This document shows positions 17,921 through 26,465 of a stretch of DNA of 46,782 bases, in pieces. This DNA comes from a virus. Its lineage: Duplodnaviria > Caudoviricetes. Below the pieces are notes generated by a model that searched no databases, was not told the DNA's origin, and worked only from the letters and a program-made list of their open reading frames with translations. A program made the position numbers and the translations under genes. Each line of letters opens with the position of its first letter. The stretch's first letter is position 1. The DNA lies in the IMG/VR virus record IMGVR_UViG_3300044667_000043, positions 1 through 46,782 of that record. One strand, written 5' to 3'.

Positions 17921-18061
17921 GCTGATGACGCGTCGTTGCTGAGCCAGGCTTAAAGCTGATCCCGAAAGAGTAAGGGCGCGACGTGCTAGATCCTGACGGT
18001 GGCGCACGATAGCCAAAACCGCCGGGGCCGTGGGTTCGAATCCCTACCGACCGTCATCAGT
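17921..18061 (+). ncRNA. tRNA-shaped structured RNA of unknown class
   Basis: Closing stem GCTGATGACG-C-GTCG / CGAC-CGTCATCAGT; D arm GCT-GAGCCAGGCTTAA-AGC; T arm GTGGG-TTCGAAT-CCC(T)AC; expanded anticodon and variable arms. Confidence 0.65.
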
Positions 18062-18178
18062 AAACCGGCCATCCTACCGGAACTCCTCTTCCTCCCGACC
18101 GGGCACAACGCGAACGACACTGCTTGCGCGACGTGCGAAAGCGTGATGGAAGTTGGAAAACCGAGGGGAGTTCTATCC

Positions 18179-18556
18179 ATGATCCTTCTGCCTTTGCTTG
18201 CCGCTGCTGCGGCCGTTCCGCCTGCTGACCGGCCCTATGTCATGGCGCACACCGACCGCCAGCCCGCCGAGGTCGCGACGTGCGTCTATCAGGCGTTCGA
18301 CCATGCCGGCGCCGCAGACAACACGCCGACCGACTATGGCCGCAAGGTCGATTACCGGTTCAAGAACCTGGGCGGCGCGGTGAAGTCGCCGACGATGACG
18401 ATGGAAGTGCACGACGACGGCACGCTGATCCTCTACGGCTTCAAGACGTGGAAGGGCGCGGCCCGGTCGATGTGGCGCGATCTGGCGGACAGCAAGCGCG
18501 CGCAGTGCTTCCCGGAACTGAAGGAAGCCGAGATGGTGAAGCCGGCGAAGTCATGA
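18179..18556 (+). CDS. Exported moron protein with two Cys
   Basis: GAGGGGAG SD; signal-like MILLPLLAAAAAVP. Confidence 0.7.
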   Translation: MILLPLLAAAAAVPPADRPYVMAHTDRQPAEVATCVYQAFDHAGAADNTPTDYGRKVDYRFKNLGGAVKSPTMTMEVHDDGTLILYGFKTWKGAARSMWRDLADSKRAQCFPELKEAEMVKPAKS

Positions 18557-18726
18557 TGGCCGACGCAACGAACGATTGGCTTTCCCGCGCCAACTTCGCC
18601 GCCATGTCGGACGTGGAGTTGGCGGCATACGAGCGCGACTGTCTCGGCGGGGTCAACCAACAGCGCGTCGAACGAGAAATCCGCAAGCGCAAGGCCAAAG
18701 GCGAATGGTCCCTCACGACTGCGTGA
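18553..18726 (+). CDS. Small moron protein
   Basis: ATGA coupled; MADATNDWLSRANF... Confidence 0.55.
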   Translation: MMADATNDWLSRANFAAMSDVELAAYERDCLGGVNQQRVEREIRKRKAKGEWSLTTA

Positions 18727-18738
18727 GTGCCGTATAAG

Positions 18739-18781
18739 CGTCCGTAGAGACTGATTTGCCCCATGCGCCATTTTGCGGCGC
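18739..18781 (+). promoter_or_regulatory. Late-promoter motif CGTCCGTAG...CATTTT
   Basis: Motif ends 34 nt before ATG 18782. Confidence 0.72.
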
Positions 18782-19843
18782 ATGCAGTTGTCCGAGACCC
18801 TTGACGCAGCCACGACCGCACGCATCTGCGCGGACGGCTGTCTCGTCGCGGACGTCTTCGCTGCCCGTACAGGGATCCAGCAATATCGCGGGTTCGAGGT
18901 AGACCCCGATAATACCCACGGGCTGCGCGACAAAGCCATCGTCTCGGTCTATCGGCCCGAGTCCGAGGTATTCAAGGCCGACAGCCTCGCAACCTTCTCC
19001 GCTGCGCCGGTCACACTGAACCATCCCTCGGTCGCCGTCACCGCTGACAACTGGCGCACGCATGGCGTCGGCGAGATAAACGGCGACGTTGTGCGAGACG
19101 GCCAGCGCGTGCGCGTCCCGTTGATCGTCCGTGATGCCGCCGCGGTGAAGGCTGCGACCACCACGCACAAGCAGCTCAGCATGGGCTACGCGACGAACCT
19201 CGTGTTCCCCGCCGACGGCAAGCACCCCGACGGCACGGTCTGCGATGCCTACCAGACCGATATCGCCATCAATCACATCGCTTTGGTTCCGGCTGCGCGG
19301 GGCGGGCCGGAACTCCGCATTGTCGACGAACGCCCTCAGGAGCAGCCCATGAAGATCAAGATCGGCGACGCCGAAGTCGATGCGACGAACGGTGAGGCCG
19401 TTCGGATTGCGGTCGACTCCCTGAACACCAAGCTCGGCACGCTGACCGCCGACCTTGCCACCGCGCAGACCGCGCTGCAGACCAAAGACGGCGAGATCGC
19501 CGCGCTGACCGCCAAGCTCAAGGACGCAGAGGTCACGCCCGAGCGCCTGCAGCAGCTCGCCGACGCCCGCGCCAAGGTCATCGCCGCCGCGCAGACGCTC
19601 AAGCCGGGCATCACGGTCGATGGCAAGAGCGACGCCGACATCCGCAAGGAAGCCGTCTCGGCCAAGCTCGGCGATTCCGCGAAGGACATGGCCGACGCGG
19701 CGATCGAGGGCGCGTTCGTGGCGCTGACCAAGGACGCCAAGGCCGCTGACCCGGTCCGTGAAGCGCTCCGCGACGGCATCAACACCGTCACCACCGACCA
19801 TCGCTCTTCGATCGGCGTCCTCCGCGCCGCGAGCTACCAGTAA
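18782..19843 (+). CDS. DUF2213 prohead protease/scaffold
   Basis: ARTGIQ.Y, VYRP..EVF...SLATF...PVT..HP, LSMGY, INHIALV..ARGG; coiled-coil C-terminus. Confidence 0.9.
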   Translation: MQLSETLDAATTARICADGCLVADVFAARTGIQQYRGFEVDPDNTHGLRDKAIVSVYRPESEVFKADSLATFSAAPVTLNHPSVAVTADNWRTHGVGEINGDVVRDGQRVRVPLIVRDAAAVKAATTTHKQLSMGYATNLVFPADGKHPDGTVCDAYQTDIAINHIALVPAARGGPELRIVDERPQEQPMKIKIGDAEVDATNGEAVRIAVDSLNTKLGTLTADLATAQTALQTKDGEIAALTAKLKDAEVTPERLQQLADARAKVIAAAQTLKPGITVDGKSDADIRKEAVSAKLGDSAKDMADAAIEGAFVALTKDAKAADPVREALRDGINTVTTDHRSSIGVLRAASYQ

Positions 19844-19855
19844 GGGGGAACGTCA

Positions 19856-20314
19856 ATGTCGGTTCTTCAGAACAACTTCTCGGACACCGTCACCCAGGCT
19901 TATGCCGGCATGGTCGCCAATGGCGAGACCTCGAACCGCATCACGCGGACGATCGAGGGCGCAAGCGGCGTCGGCTTCGGCAAGGCAGTGTGGCGCGGCA
20001 GCGGCGACCACGGCTGCGTGACCACGGTCGGCACCTCGGCAACCTTCCTCGGCGTCACGATTGCCACCTCGGCCCTCGCAATCGTCGCGGGTGGCACCGC
20101 GGACACCTATCCGCAGTATGAGAACGTGCCGATCATGACGGAGGGCGCGATCTGGGTTGTTGCCGGCGAAGATGTCGCCGACGGCTCGCAGGTCTACGCC
20201 GATGCCACGACCGGCGCCTTCGTCGACACCTCGACCAGCAACATCCTTCTGACGGGCTGGTTCTTCGACACCACCGCCACCAGCGGCAATCTCGTCCGCA
20301 TCGCGAAGCGCTAA
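19856..20314 (+). CDS. Capsid decoration/cement protein
   Basis: Between scaffold and capsid; A..GM.A, FG.AV, V.IMT.G.IWV. Confidence 0.78.
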   Translation: MSVLQNNFSDTVTQAYAGMVANGETSNRITRTIEGASGVGFGKAVWRGSGDHGCVTTVGTSATFLGVTIATSALAIVAGGTADTYPQYENVPIMTEGAIWVVAGEDVADGSQVYADATTGAFVDTSTSNILLTGWFFDTTATSGNLVRIAKR

Positions 20315-20324
20315 GGGGGAATCC

Positions 20325-21416
20325 ATGAACGCGATCACGAAATTCTACGATAGCGCTTCTGGGATCACCGACCCCGTCGGCTTCCTCGCGCTCGACGCCG
20401 ACATCAAGCGGCAGATCATCAACGTCTGGGCCGCGGACAACGCGCGTCACGCGCTGAGCTTCGCCGACAAGGTCGACTCGTTCCTGAACGACGCCCAGAT
20501 TGGTTACGCATTCCTGACGCCGCAGCTCTATCGGATCGAGGCCGAGGTCTACATGACCAAGTACCCCTCGTTCGACATCGCGCGGTTCATGACCGTCGAT
20601 AGCTCGGGCGATATGTGGGACGTCGGCACGCTGGTCTACTCAATGGACCAGGTCGGCCAGGCCGAGTTCCTCGCCGGTGCGGCGTTCGATATGCCGTATG
20701 CGTCGACGAAGATCAGCCAGGCGACCCGCGCCTTCCATCTGGCCGGCATCGGCTACGAGTGGAACACGCAGGAGATGCAGCGCGCCGCCAAGCTCGGCCG
20801 TTCGCTCTCGTCGGACAAGGCGATGGCCGCCGATCTGGCGCAGCGCCGGTTCATCTACGGCGTTGCCATGACGGGTGCGACCCCGTCCGGCGCTTCCGAG
20901 AAGGGCTGGACCGGCTTCGTCAATGACGGCAATGCGCCCAGCGCGCAGGTCGCCGCCGACGGCACCGGCTCCTCGCGCCTCTGGTCCGCCAAGACGGCCG
21001 ACCAGATCCTTCGCGACATCAATGAGGCGATCACCGCCGTCGAAACCGGCACCGCCGAGACCTTCGTCGCGGACACGCTGGTGCTGCCCACGACCCGCTA
21101 CAACTACGTGGCGACCACGCGCATCGATAACACCGGCTCGACGATCCTGCAGTTCCTGCAGGCCAACAACGCTGCCGGCGAGGGCCTGCGCATCCTCAAG
21201 AGCCGCGCGCTGGAAACGGCGGGCACTGGCAGCACCACGCGCATGGTCGCCTACGCGAACATGCCGCAGGTGCTGAAGTTCCACCTGCCCGGGCCGCATC
21301 AGTTCCTGCCCCCGTTCCAGAAGTCGAGCATGACCTACGAGGTCGGCGGCATCATGAACGTCGGCGGGGTCGAGGTCCGCGTCCCGAAGGCGATGGTCTA
21401 TCGGGACAGCTTCTGA
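20325..21416 (+). CDS. Major capsid protein (DUF2184 family)
   Basis: GIGY.W...E...A...GR.L...KA, GW.G.VN, TILQFL..NN, GGVEVR.P. Confidence 0.9.
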   Translation: MNAITKFYDSASGITDPVGFLALDADIKRQIINVWAADNARHALSFADKVDSFLNDAQIGYAFLTPQLYRIEAEVYMTKYPSFDIARFMTVDSSGDMWDVGTLVYSMDQVGQAEFLAGAAFDMPYASTKISQATRAFHLAGIGYEWNTQEMQRAAKLGRSLSSDKAMAADLAQRRFIYGVAMTGATPSGASEKGWTGFVNDGNAPSAQVAADGTGSSRLWSAKTADQILRDINEAITAVETGTAETFVADTLVLPTTRYNYVATTRIDNTGSTILQFLQANNAAGEGLRILKSRALETAGTGSTTRMVAYANMPQVLKFHLPGPHQFLPPFQKSSMTYEVGGIMNVGGVEVRVPKAMVYRDSF

Positions 21417-21428
21417 GGAGCGCACGAC

Positions 21429-21653
21429 ATGACGAAGTTCACGAACATCTCGAGCGGCCCGCGGGGCATCCGCACCAAGGACGGCCTCGTCATGGTCGAG
21501 GCCGGCCAGACGATCGACGCCGACCTTGCCGATGGCGAGACGGCGGCGGAGGAATGGTTCGCGAAGGCGGGCAGCGCGGCGGCGAAGGAAGCCGTTGCCG
21601 CCCACGACGAAGCCGAACACCCCACGGCCCACGCGAAGGGTTCGACCAAGTAG
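21429..21653 (+). CDS. Small head-associated protein
   Basis: GAGGAG SD; directly after capsid gene. Confidence 0.65.
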   Translation: MTKFTNISSGPRGIRTKDGLVMVEAGQTIDADLADGETAAEEWFAKAGSAAAKEAVAAHDEAEHPTAHAKGSTK

Positions 21654-21676
21654 ATTTTGCGTCCTCTCCCAACCTC

Positions 21677-21714
21677 GGGCCGCCTCGCCAAACCGGTGCG
21701 GCGGCCCTTATTTT
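21677..21714 (+). terminator. Intrinsic terminator after the capsid cluster
   Basis: GGGCCGCC...GGCGGCCC stem followed by TTATTTT. Confidence 0.7.
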
Positions 21715-21728
21715 GAAAGGCAACATCG

Positions 21729-22136
21729 ATGGCGCTGCAATATTCGACAGCCGTCCGCAATGCAAAGCTCGACGCGGTCGAAACCGCAGCCGGCGCCTCG
21801 GCCATTCTCAAGATTAGGACCGGCGCGGCCCCAGCCTCATGCGCAGCGGCGGACAGCGGAACCGTGCTGGCCACCTGCGCCCTGCCCTCCGACTGGATGG
21901 CGGCGGCGTCTGGCGGCACCAAGGCCATGTCGGGCACTTGGCAGGACACCAGCGCGGATGCAGGCGGCACAGCCGGGCATTTCCGGATCTACGCGAACGA
22001 TGGAACGACCTGCCACATTCAAGGCACGGTGACGGCCACTGGCGGCGGCGGCGACATGACCGTCGACAACACCTCGTTCGCTGCGGGCCAGTCGTTCACC
22101 ATTTCGGGCTTTACGCTGACCGCCGGCAACGCCTGA
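21729..22136 (+). CDS. Virion structural protein (possible fibre base)
   Basis: MALQYSTAVRNA.LD...L.I.TG..PA...; Gly/Ala/Thr-rich; AAAGG SD. Confidence 0.65.
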   Translation: MALQYSTAVRNAKLDAVETAAGASAILKIRTGAAPASCAAADSGTVLATCALPSDWMAAASGGTKAMSGTWQDTSADAGGTAGHFRIYANDGTTCHIQGTVTATGGGGDMTVDNTSFAAGQSFTISGFTLTAGNA

Positions 22137-22145
22137 GGCTGAACT

Positions 22146-23411
22146 GTGGCCATCACGCTCACGGCGGGCGACCTCGGCTTCGCTCAGGGCTACTCGGCCG
22201 GCGGCCAGATCTCTGCGGTGGGCTCAATATCGGGCCAACCTCTCGCGGGTCAAACGCTCGACCTCTTCCTCACCGGCGGATTCAACGTTCTTTCGTTCGT
22301 CGGCGATACCACGGGGCTGGGGCCGCTCACGCTCACCGTGAATGGTACGGCGTGGCCACTAAGTTCGGGCAGCTTCAGCGCCGGCTACACCTCCTACACG
22401 CCTACACCCTCTGGCGGTGGTTTCGTCAGCGGCACGAGCTACACCGTCAACATCACGACCACTGGCGGCGGAGGCATCACCGGATCGCTTAGCAGGACTG
22501 AGGCCGCCGACACGGTTTCCTCTGCATCGAAGCTCGCGATCAAGGGCGCCCTCACGAAGACCGAGGCAGGCGATACCCTCGCCTCGGCGGGTAAGCTCGC
22601 GGTCGCAGCGGCCGCCTCGCTGGCCGAAGCCTCGGATACGCTTTCGGCAGCCGGCCAAGGCGCATCGCCCATCACCGGTGCGCTGACCCTTACCGAGGAT
22701 GCCGACACGCTGGCCAGCTCCGGTCTGATCGCCATTGTGGGCGCCGCGTCACTGGCGGAGGCTGCGGACACCGCCAGCGGGGCCGCCGCCATCCGCATCA
22801 CGGGCACCGCAGCGATCTCGGAAGCGAGTGACGTCGCCTCTGGCGCCGCAGGGCTTGTTATCACGGGACAAGCCGCGAACCTCGAGGCTAGTGACACCCT
22901 CGCCTCTGCGGCTTCCGTGTCGATCCGAGGTCAGCTCGCCAGCACCGAAGCCGGCGACACCTTGGCGGCATCAGGGGTTCTACAAGTCGGTGCGACGCTG
23001 GACGTTGGCGAGCAGGACGACGCCCTCTCCGCGGTGGGCGTCAGCGGAGCGAGCGGCGTTCTCGACGTGCCCGAGGAAATGGACACGCTGACCTCGTCGG
23101 GCATTGTCTCGATCGCCGGCAGCTTGGCAGCGAACGACAACGACGACACGATCGAGGCCATGGGCGTTGTCGCGCTACTCGGCGCGGCATCGATGGTGGA
23201 AGACGGCGACAACCTGGTGGCGACAGGGACCAAGGCTGGAGTCGAGACGCCGCCTTCGCCCGCTCGAACCGCCACCGCTGACCGCCCCTCCCGCGACGTT
23301 GCCTCGCCTCTCACTGACCGCCACGCCGCCTCTGTGTCCGTAGCGCGGGACGTCGCCTCGCCGCAACGTTCCCGCATGGCCGCGCCCACGCATCAACGAA
23401 GGATCGCCTGA
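22146..23411 (+). CDS. Repetitive Ala/Gly/Ser-rich fibre-like protein
   Basis: About 12 repeats of ~22-24 aa centred on E-x-x-D-T. Confidence 0.7.
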   Translation: MAITLTAGDLGFAQGYSAGGQISAVGSISGQPLAGQTLDLFLTGGFNVLSFVGDTTGLGPLTLTVNGTAWPLSSGSFSAGYTSYTPTPSGGGFVSGTSYTVNITTTGGGGITGSLSRTEAADTVSSASKLAIKGALTKTEAGDTLASAGKLAVAAAASLAEASDTLSAAGQGASPITGALTLTEDADTLASSGLIAIVGAASLAEAADTASGAAAIRITGTAAISEASDVASGAAGLVITGQAANLEASDTLASAASVSIRGQLASTEAGDTLAASGVLQVGATLDVGEQDDALSAVGVSGASGVLDVPEEMDTLTSSGIVSIAGSLAANDNDDTIEAMGVVALLGAASMVEDGDNLVATGTKAGVETPPSPARTATADRPSRDVASPLTDRHAASVSVARDVASPQRSRMAAPTHQRRIA

Positions 23412-24130
23412 TGGCTCTCATCTGGCCAGCCAAAGACCCCGACGAGGTTCTCGACTATAGCTGGACCATCCCGGTCGATGCTGGCGACACATTGGCAACA
23501 GCGGACATCACCAAGGTCTCGGGCAACGTCGTCATTGACAGCCAGGACACTGACGGGAACGTGCGCACGGCCTTCCTCTCCGGCGGGACTGACGGCGAGG
23601 TTTGCGAATTCCGCGGCATTGCCACGACCGCCGGTGGCCGGACTTACGAGGAAACCTTCTTCCTGCAGATCGCGGCCAGCGATGCGCCATCACCCTTTCT
23701 TGGGCAGTTCGTGTCGGCATTCCCTGCTTTTGCTGCCGTGCCGCCTGCTTCGGTCGCGTTCTGGAAGGCCGAGGCCGATCGCGTCATCGCGCCGCTGTCC
23801 TCCTGCCTCGGCGAGCGCGCGGATCTGGCGACAATGCTGCTCACCGCGCACTATCTCACGCTGGCGGGTGCAGGCGCAGGCGCAGAGGCAGAGATGGCGG
23901 CCCAGGGCGCGACCGGATTCAAGCGCATTCGGTCGGGCTCGCTCGAGCTCGAGCGTGGAGACGCCGGGAATGGCGACGCGGGAAGCTTCGGCGCGACAAG
24001 CTACGGGGCCCGCGTCTGGCCGATGCTGCGGGCTTGCGTCTCCGGACCGATGGTGGCGGGCACGGGGCGTATTGTTGGTGGCTGCGGCTTCAACGGGTTC
24101 GCCGGCCCGCTGCCTCCTTGGAACTGCTGA
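23411..24130 (+). CDS. Fusion of a KDPDE.LDY fibre-adaptor domain and a DUF4054-like head-tail adaptor
   Basis: N-terminal WPAKDPDEVLDYSW...TAGGRT; C-terminal F...FPAFA.V, LLTAHYL, TSYG. Confidence 0.75.
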   Translation: MALIWPAKDPDEVLDYSWTIPVDAGDTLATADITKVSGNVVIDSQDTDGNVRTAFLSGGTDGEVCEFRGIATTAGGRTYEETFFLQIAASDAPSPFLGQFVSAFPAFAAVPPASVAFWKAEADRVIAPLSSCLGERADLATMLLTAHYLTLAGAGAGAEAEMAAQGATGFKRIRSGSLELERGDAGNGDAGSFGATSYGARVWPMLRACVSGPMVAGTGRIVGGCGFNGFAGPLPPWNC

Positions 24131-24131
24131 A

Positions 24132-24494
24132 ATGGGCCTCCTAGACGGCGGGATCGCCAGCCTTTTCGGAAGCGTGTTCGGCGCGATCTATCTCGACGGC
24201 GCGCTGCACCGCGACGGAACCACGCCGATCTATGACAGCGAGGGCAACATCACCAGCTACGTGGACGAAGCCGATATCCCCTGCAAAGCGCAGGTCGATG
24301 CCGCCACATGGGCGATGCGGCAGTCCGACGGATTCGCCGAGGGCGATATGATGATCATCGTTCTTGCGGCGGGGCTCGGTGTCGAGATTTCTACCGACAT
24401 GCAAATCAGTGTCGCGGGCAAGCGCTGGTCGATCCAGTCGGCGGCGCAGGACGCCGCGGCCTCGCACTGGATCCTGCGCGGGCGGGCAGCCTGA
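24132..24494 (+). CDS. Head-tail joining protein
   Basis: Position; C-terminal W.I.....DAA...W.LRGR. Confidence 0.7.
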   Translation: MGLLDGGIASLFGSVFGAIYLDGALHRDGTTPIYDSEGNITSYVDEADIPCKAQVDAATWAMRQSDGFAEGDMMIIVLAAGLGVEISTDMQISVAGKRWSIQSAAQDAAASHWILRGRAA

Positions 24495-25018
24495 TGCCGG
24501 TAAAGCGCACGGGCAGCATCGGTATCAAGCTCAAGAAGGTGACGCCTGAAATCCAAGCCGCGCTCGAGCCGGTCGTCTACGCGATCGCCGATCAGGTGAA
24601 GGTCGATGCGCAGATCAGCCTCAGCACGGGCGCGGTGTCGGGCAAGAACCACAAGCCCAGCGCGCCGGGCACACCGCCCAATTCCGACACAGGCGCGCTG
24701 GCCGACAGCATCGATGTCGAGCGCGATGGCCCCTTGCTCGCGCGGGTGGTCGTCAACTCGCCCTACGGCGCCATTCAGGAGCTCGGCGGCACGATCAATC
24801 ACCCGGGCGGCACCCCATATTTCATGAAGGATGGGAAGCCTGTTTTCGTGAGCAAGCAGGGTGCCGGCGCATTCCATAATCTGCCCGTGACAAAGCCTCA
24901 CACGATCACGCTGCCCGAACGCCCCTACATGCGCCCGGCCGCGAAGAAGAACGAGAAGGCGGGCAAGGCGCTGATGACGAAGGCCGTCGACCGCGTGCTC
25001 AAAAACGGGAAGCTGTAG
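24494..25018 (+). CDS. HK97 gp10-like tail completion protein
   Basis: SAPG.PP.SDTG.LA.SI, PYG..QE.G, RPYMRPA. Confidence 0.85.
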   Translation: MPVKRTGSIGIKLKKVTPEIQAALEPVVYAIADQVKVDAQISLSTGAVSGKNHKPSAPGTPPNSDTGALADSIDVERDGPLLARVVVNSPYGAIQELGGTINHPGGTPYFMKDGKPVFVSKQGAGAFHNLPVTKPHTITLPERPYMRPAAKKNEKAGKALMTKAVDRVLKNGKL

Positions 25019-25070
25019 CGACGGCATGTTCTTGCGCTGCCCCATCGCGACCGGTATGCCAGCACGGCGC

Positions 25071-25349
25071 ATGCACGACCCCGATCAGCCTTGTCTCGCC
25101 GAGGAACTCCTTGGCCGACTGATGCCAGCGCTGATGCGTGCGGGCCATGTTTCCGAAGAGACGATCCTGCGCCTCGCCAGTGAATTGGAGCGCGAGGCTC
25201 AATCCGTAGGGGTCAAGCGCGAGCAAGAGCTTGGCCATATGGCGCTGATGCTGCGCATGTGGGCCATCGAGGCGGCGGGAACATCGCCCGGCGAATGGCG
25301 CGCCCAGCGGCGGCGCAAGACCATCCGCCTGATCAAGGACAAGCCCTAA
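25071..25349 (+). CDS. Moron hypothetical protein in the tail operon
   Basis: Preceded by TTGCGC-17-TATGCC (25032-25060); start could be 25056. Confidence 0.6.
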   Translation: MHDPDQPCLAEELLGRLMPALMRAGHVSEETILRLASELEREAQSVGVKREQELGHMALMLRMWAIEAAGTSPGEWRAQRRRKTIRLIKDKP

Positions 25350-25389
25350 CGTCCGTATCGGAGTGGGCACCCTCGCCTATCGTGGCGTC
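25350..25389 (+). promoter_or_regulatory. Late-promoter motif CGTCCGTAT...TATCGT
   Basis: Motif ends 31 nt before ATG 25390. Confidence 0.68.
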
Positions 25390-25824
25390 ATGCCCACCAA
25401 TCTCGATCTCTCGGCGCCGATCCAAGGCAAGATTTGGGCGGCACTCAAGGCGGATGCGGGTCTGATCGCCATAGTCCCGGCCGGCAGCATCTATCCGCAG
25501 ACGGTGCCGGCGAGCGCGGCCTACCCCTTCATCAAGCTGGGCGAGACGATCACGACGCCGCAGTTCATCGACGGGAACGACGGCTCGAGCCTCAGCGCCG
25601 CGGTGCACGTCTTCACCAAGTTGAAGAAGGGCTCAGTCCCGGACCCGCGCTTGCAGGCGCAGCAGGTCAACGCCGAGGTCGTGCGCGTGCTCAACGCCAT
25701 GGAAGGCATAGACATCGGCGACGGCCTCACGCTCGACGTCTTCCCCCGACTCGCCCAGGTCATGCAGGACGGCGATGCCGATGCCTATCACGGCTTCGTG
25801 ACGTTCGATGCCATCGCCTCCTAG
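25390..25824 (+). CDS. Tail terminator (DUF3168 family)
   Basis: I.AAL.ADA.L.A.V, P....YP.I..G, HG.V.F. Confidence 0.82.
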   Translation: MPTNLDLSAPIQGKIWAALKADAGLIAIVPAGSIYPQTVPASAAYPFIKLGETITTPQFIDGNDGSSLSAAVHVFTKLKKGSVPDPRLQAQQVNAEVVRVLNAMEGIDIGDGLTLDVFPRLAQVMQDGDADAYHGFVTFDAIAS

Positions 25825-25828
25825 CCGC

Positions 25829-25862
25829 CGTCCGTAGCATCCGCCGGCCTGTCGGCCATTCT
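25829..25862 (+). promoter_or_regulatory. Late-promoter motif CGTCCGTAG...CATTCT
   Basis: Intergenic copy with a 19-nt gap to the -10-like hexamer. Confidence 0.7.
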
Positions 25863-25885
25863 CCCGGCGAACCCAGGAGGCACCT

Positions 25886-26401
25886 ATGGCCGGCGTCAAC
25901 GCGCAGATCGATCTCACCATCAATGCTCAGCAGGTCGGCACGAACGACCTCGGCAGTCCGCAGATGACCCTCAGCCCGATCAAGGAGGTGCTGCAGTTCG
26001 TCTCGGGCACCGACGCGGTCAACGAGCTCGATATCCTGTTCGCCGATACCCGCACCCTCGCCGCCAGCGCGAACGAGAACCTCGACGTGGCCGGCGCGCT
26101 CACGGGGGCTCTCGGCGCCACGATCACCGCCGGCGAGATCGTCGCCATCTTCGTGAAGGCCGCCCAAGGCAACGCCAACAACGTCAACGTCTCTCAGCCC
26201 GCATCGAACGGCCTTCCCGGCCTGTTCCTCGCCGCCGGTGACGGAGTGTCGATCAAGCCGGGCGAGTGGCAGCTCTTCGCCTCGCAGAAAGGATGGCCCG
26301 TCACTGCGGGAACCGGCGACCTCATCAACGTCGCCAACTCGGGCGCGGGCACGTCGGTCAGCTACGACGTGGTCATCCTCGGCCGCACCGCCGCCGCGTA
26401 G
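25886..26401 (+). CDS. Structural protein of unknown function (possible tail decoration)
   Basis: AGGAGG SD; beta-rich 171 aa just before the tail tube gene. Confidence 0.7.
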   Translation: MAGVNAQIDLTINAQQVGTNDLGSPQMTLSPIKEVLQFVSGTDAVNELDILFADTRTLAASANENLDVAGALTGALGATITAGEIVAIFVKAAQGNANNVNVSQPASNGLPGLFLAAGDGVSIKPGEWQLFASQKGWPVTAGTGDLINVANSGAGTSVSYDVVILGRTAAA

Positions 26402-26402
26402 G

Positions 26403-26438
26403 CGTCCGTAGAGCGCTGAGGTCCCCTCTCCATAGATT
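26403..26438 (+). promoter_or_regulatory. Late-promoter motif CGTCCGTAG...TAGATT
   Basis: Intergenic copy before the tail tube gene. Confidence 0.7.
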
Positions 26439-26465
26439 GCCGCCAACCTCATCAGGAGCCGCGGA

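Noticed and set aside
17922-17990. Hammerhead ribozyme (CTGATGA ... GAAA)
   Set aside because: No stem II closes directly onto GAAA and no stem III with a UH site is evident; CTGATGACG pairs better with CGTCATCAG at 18052-18060.
17921-18061. Canonical tRNA or tmRNA gene
   Set aside because: No 7-nt anticodon loop, no CCA, over-long closing stem; it has a D stem and no tag ORF, unlike tmRNA.
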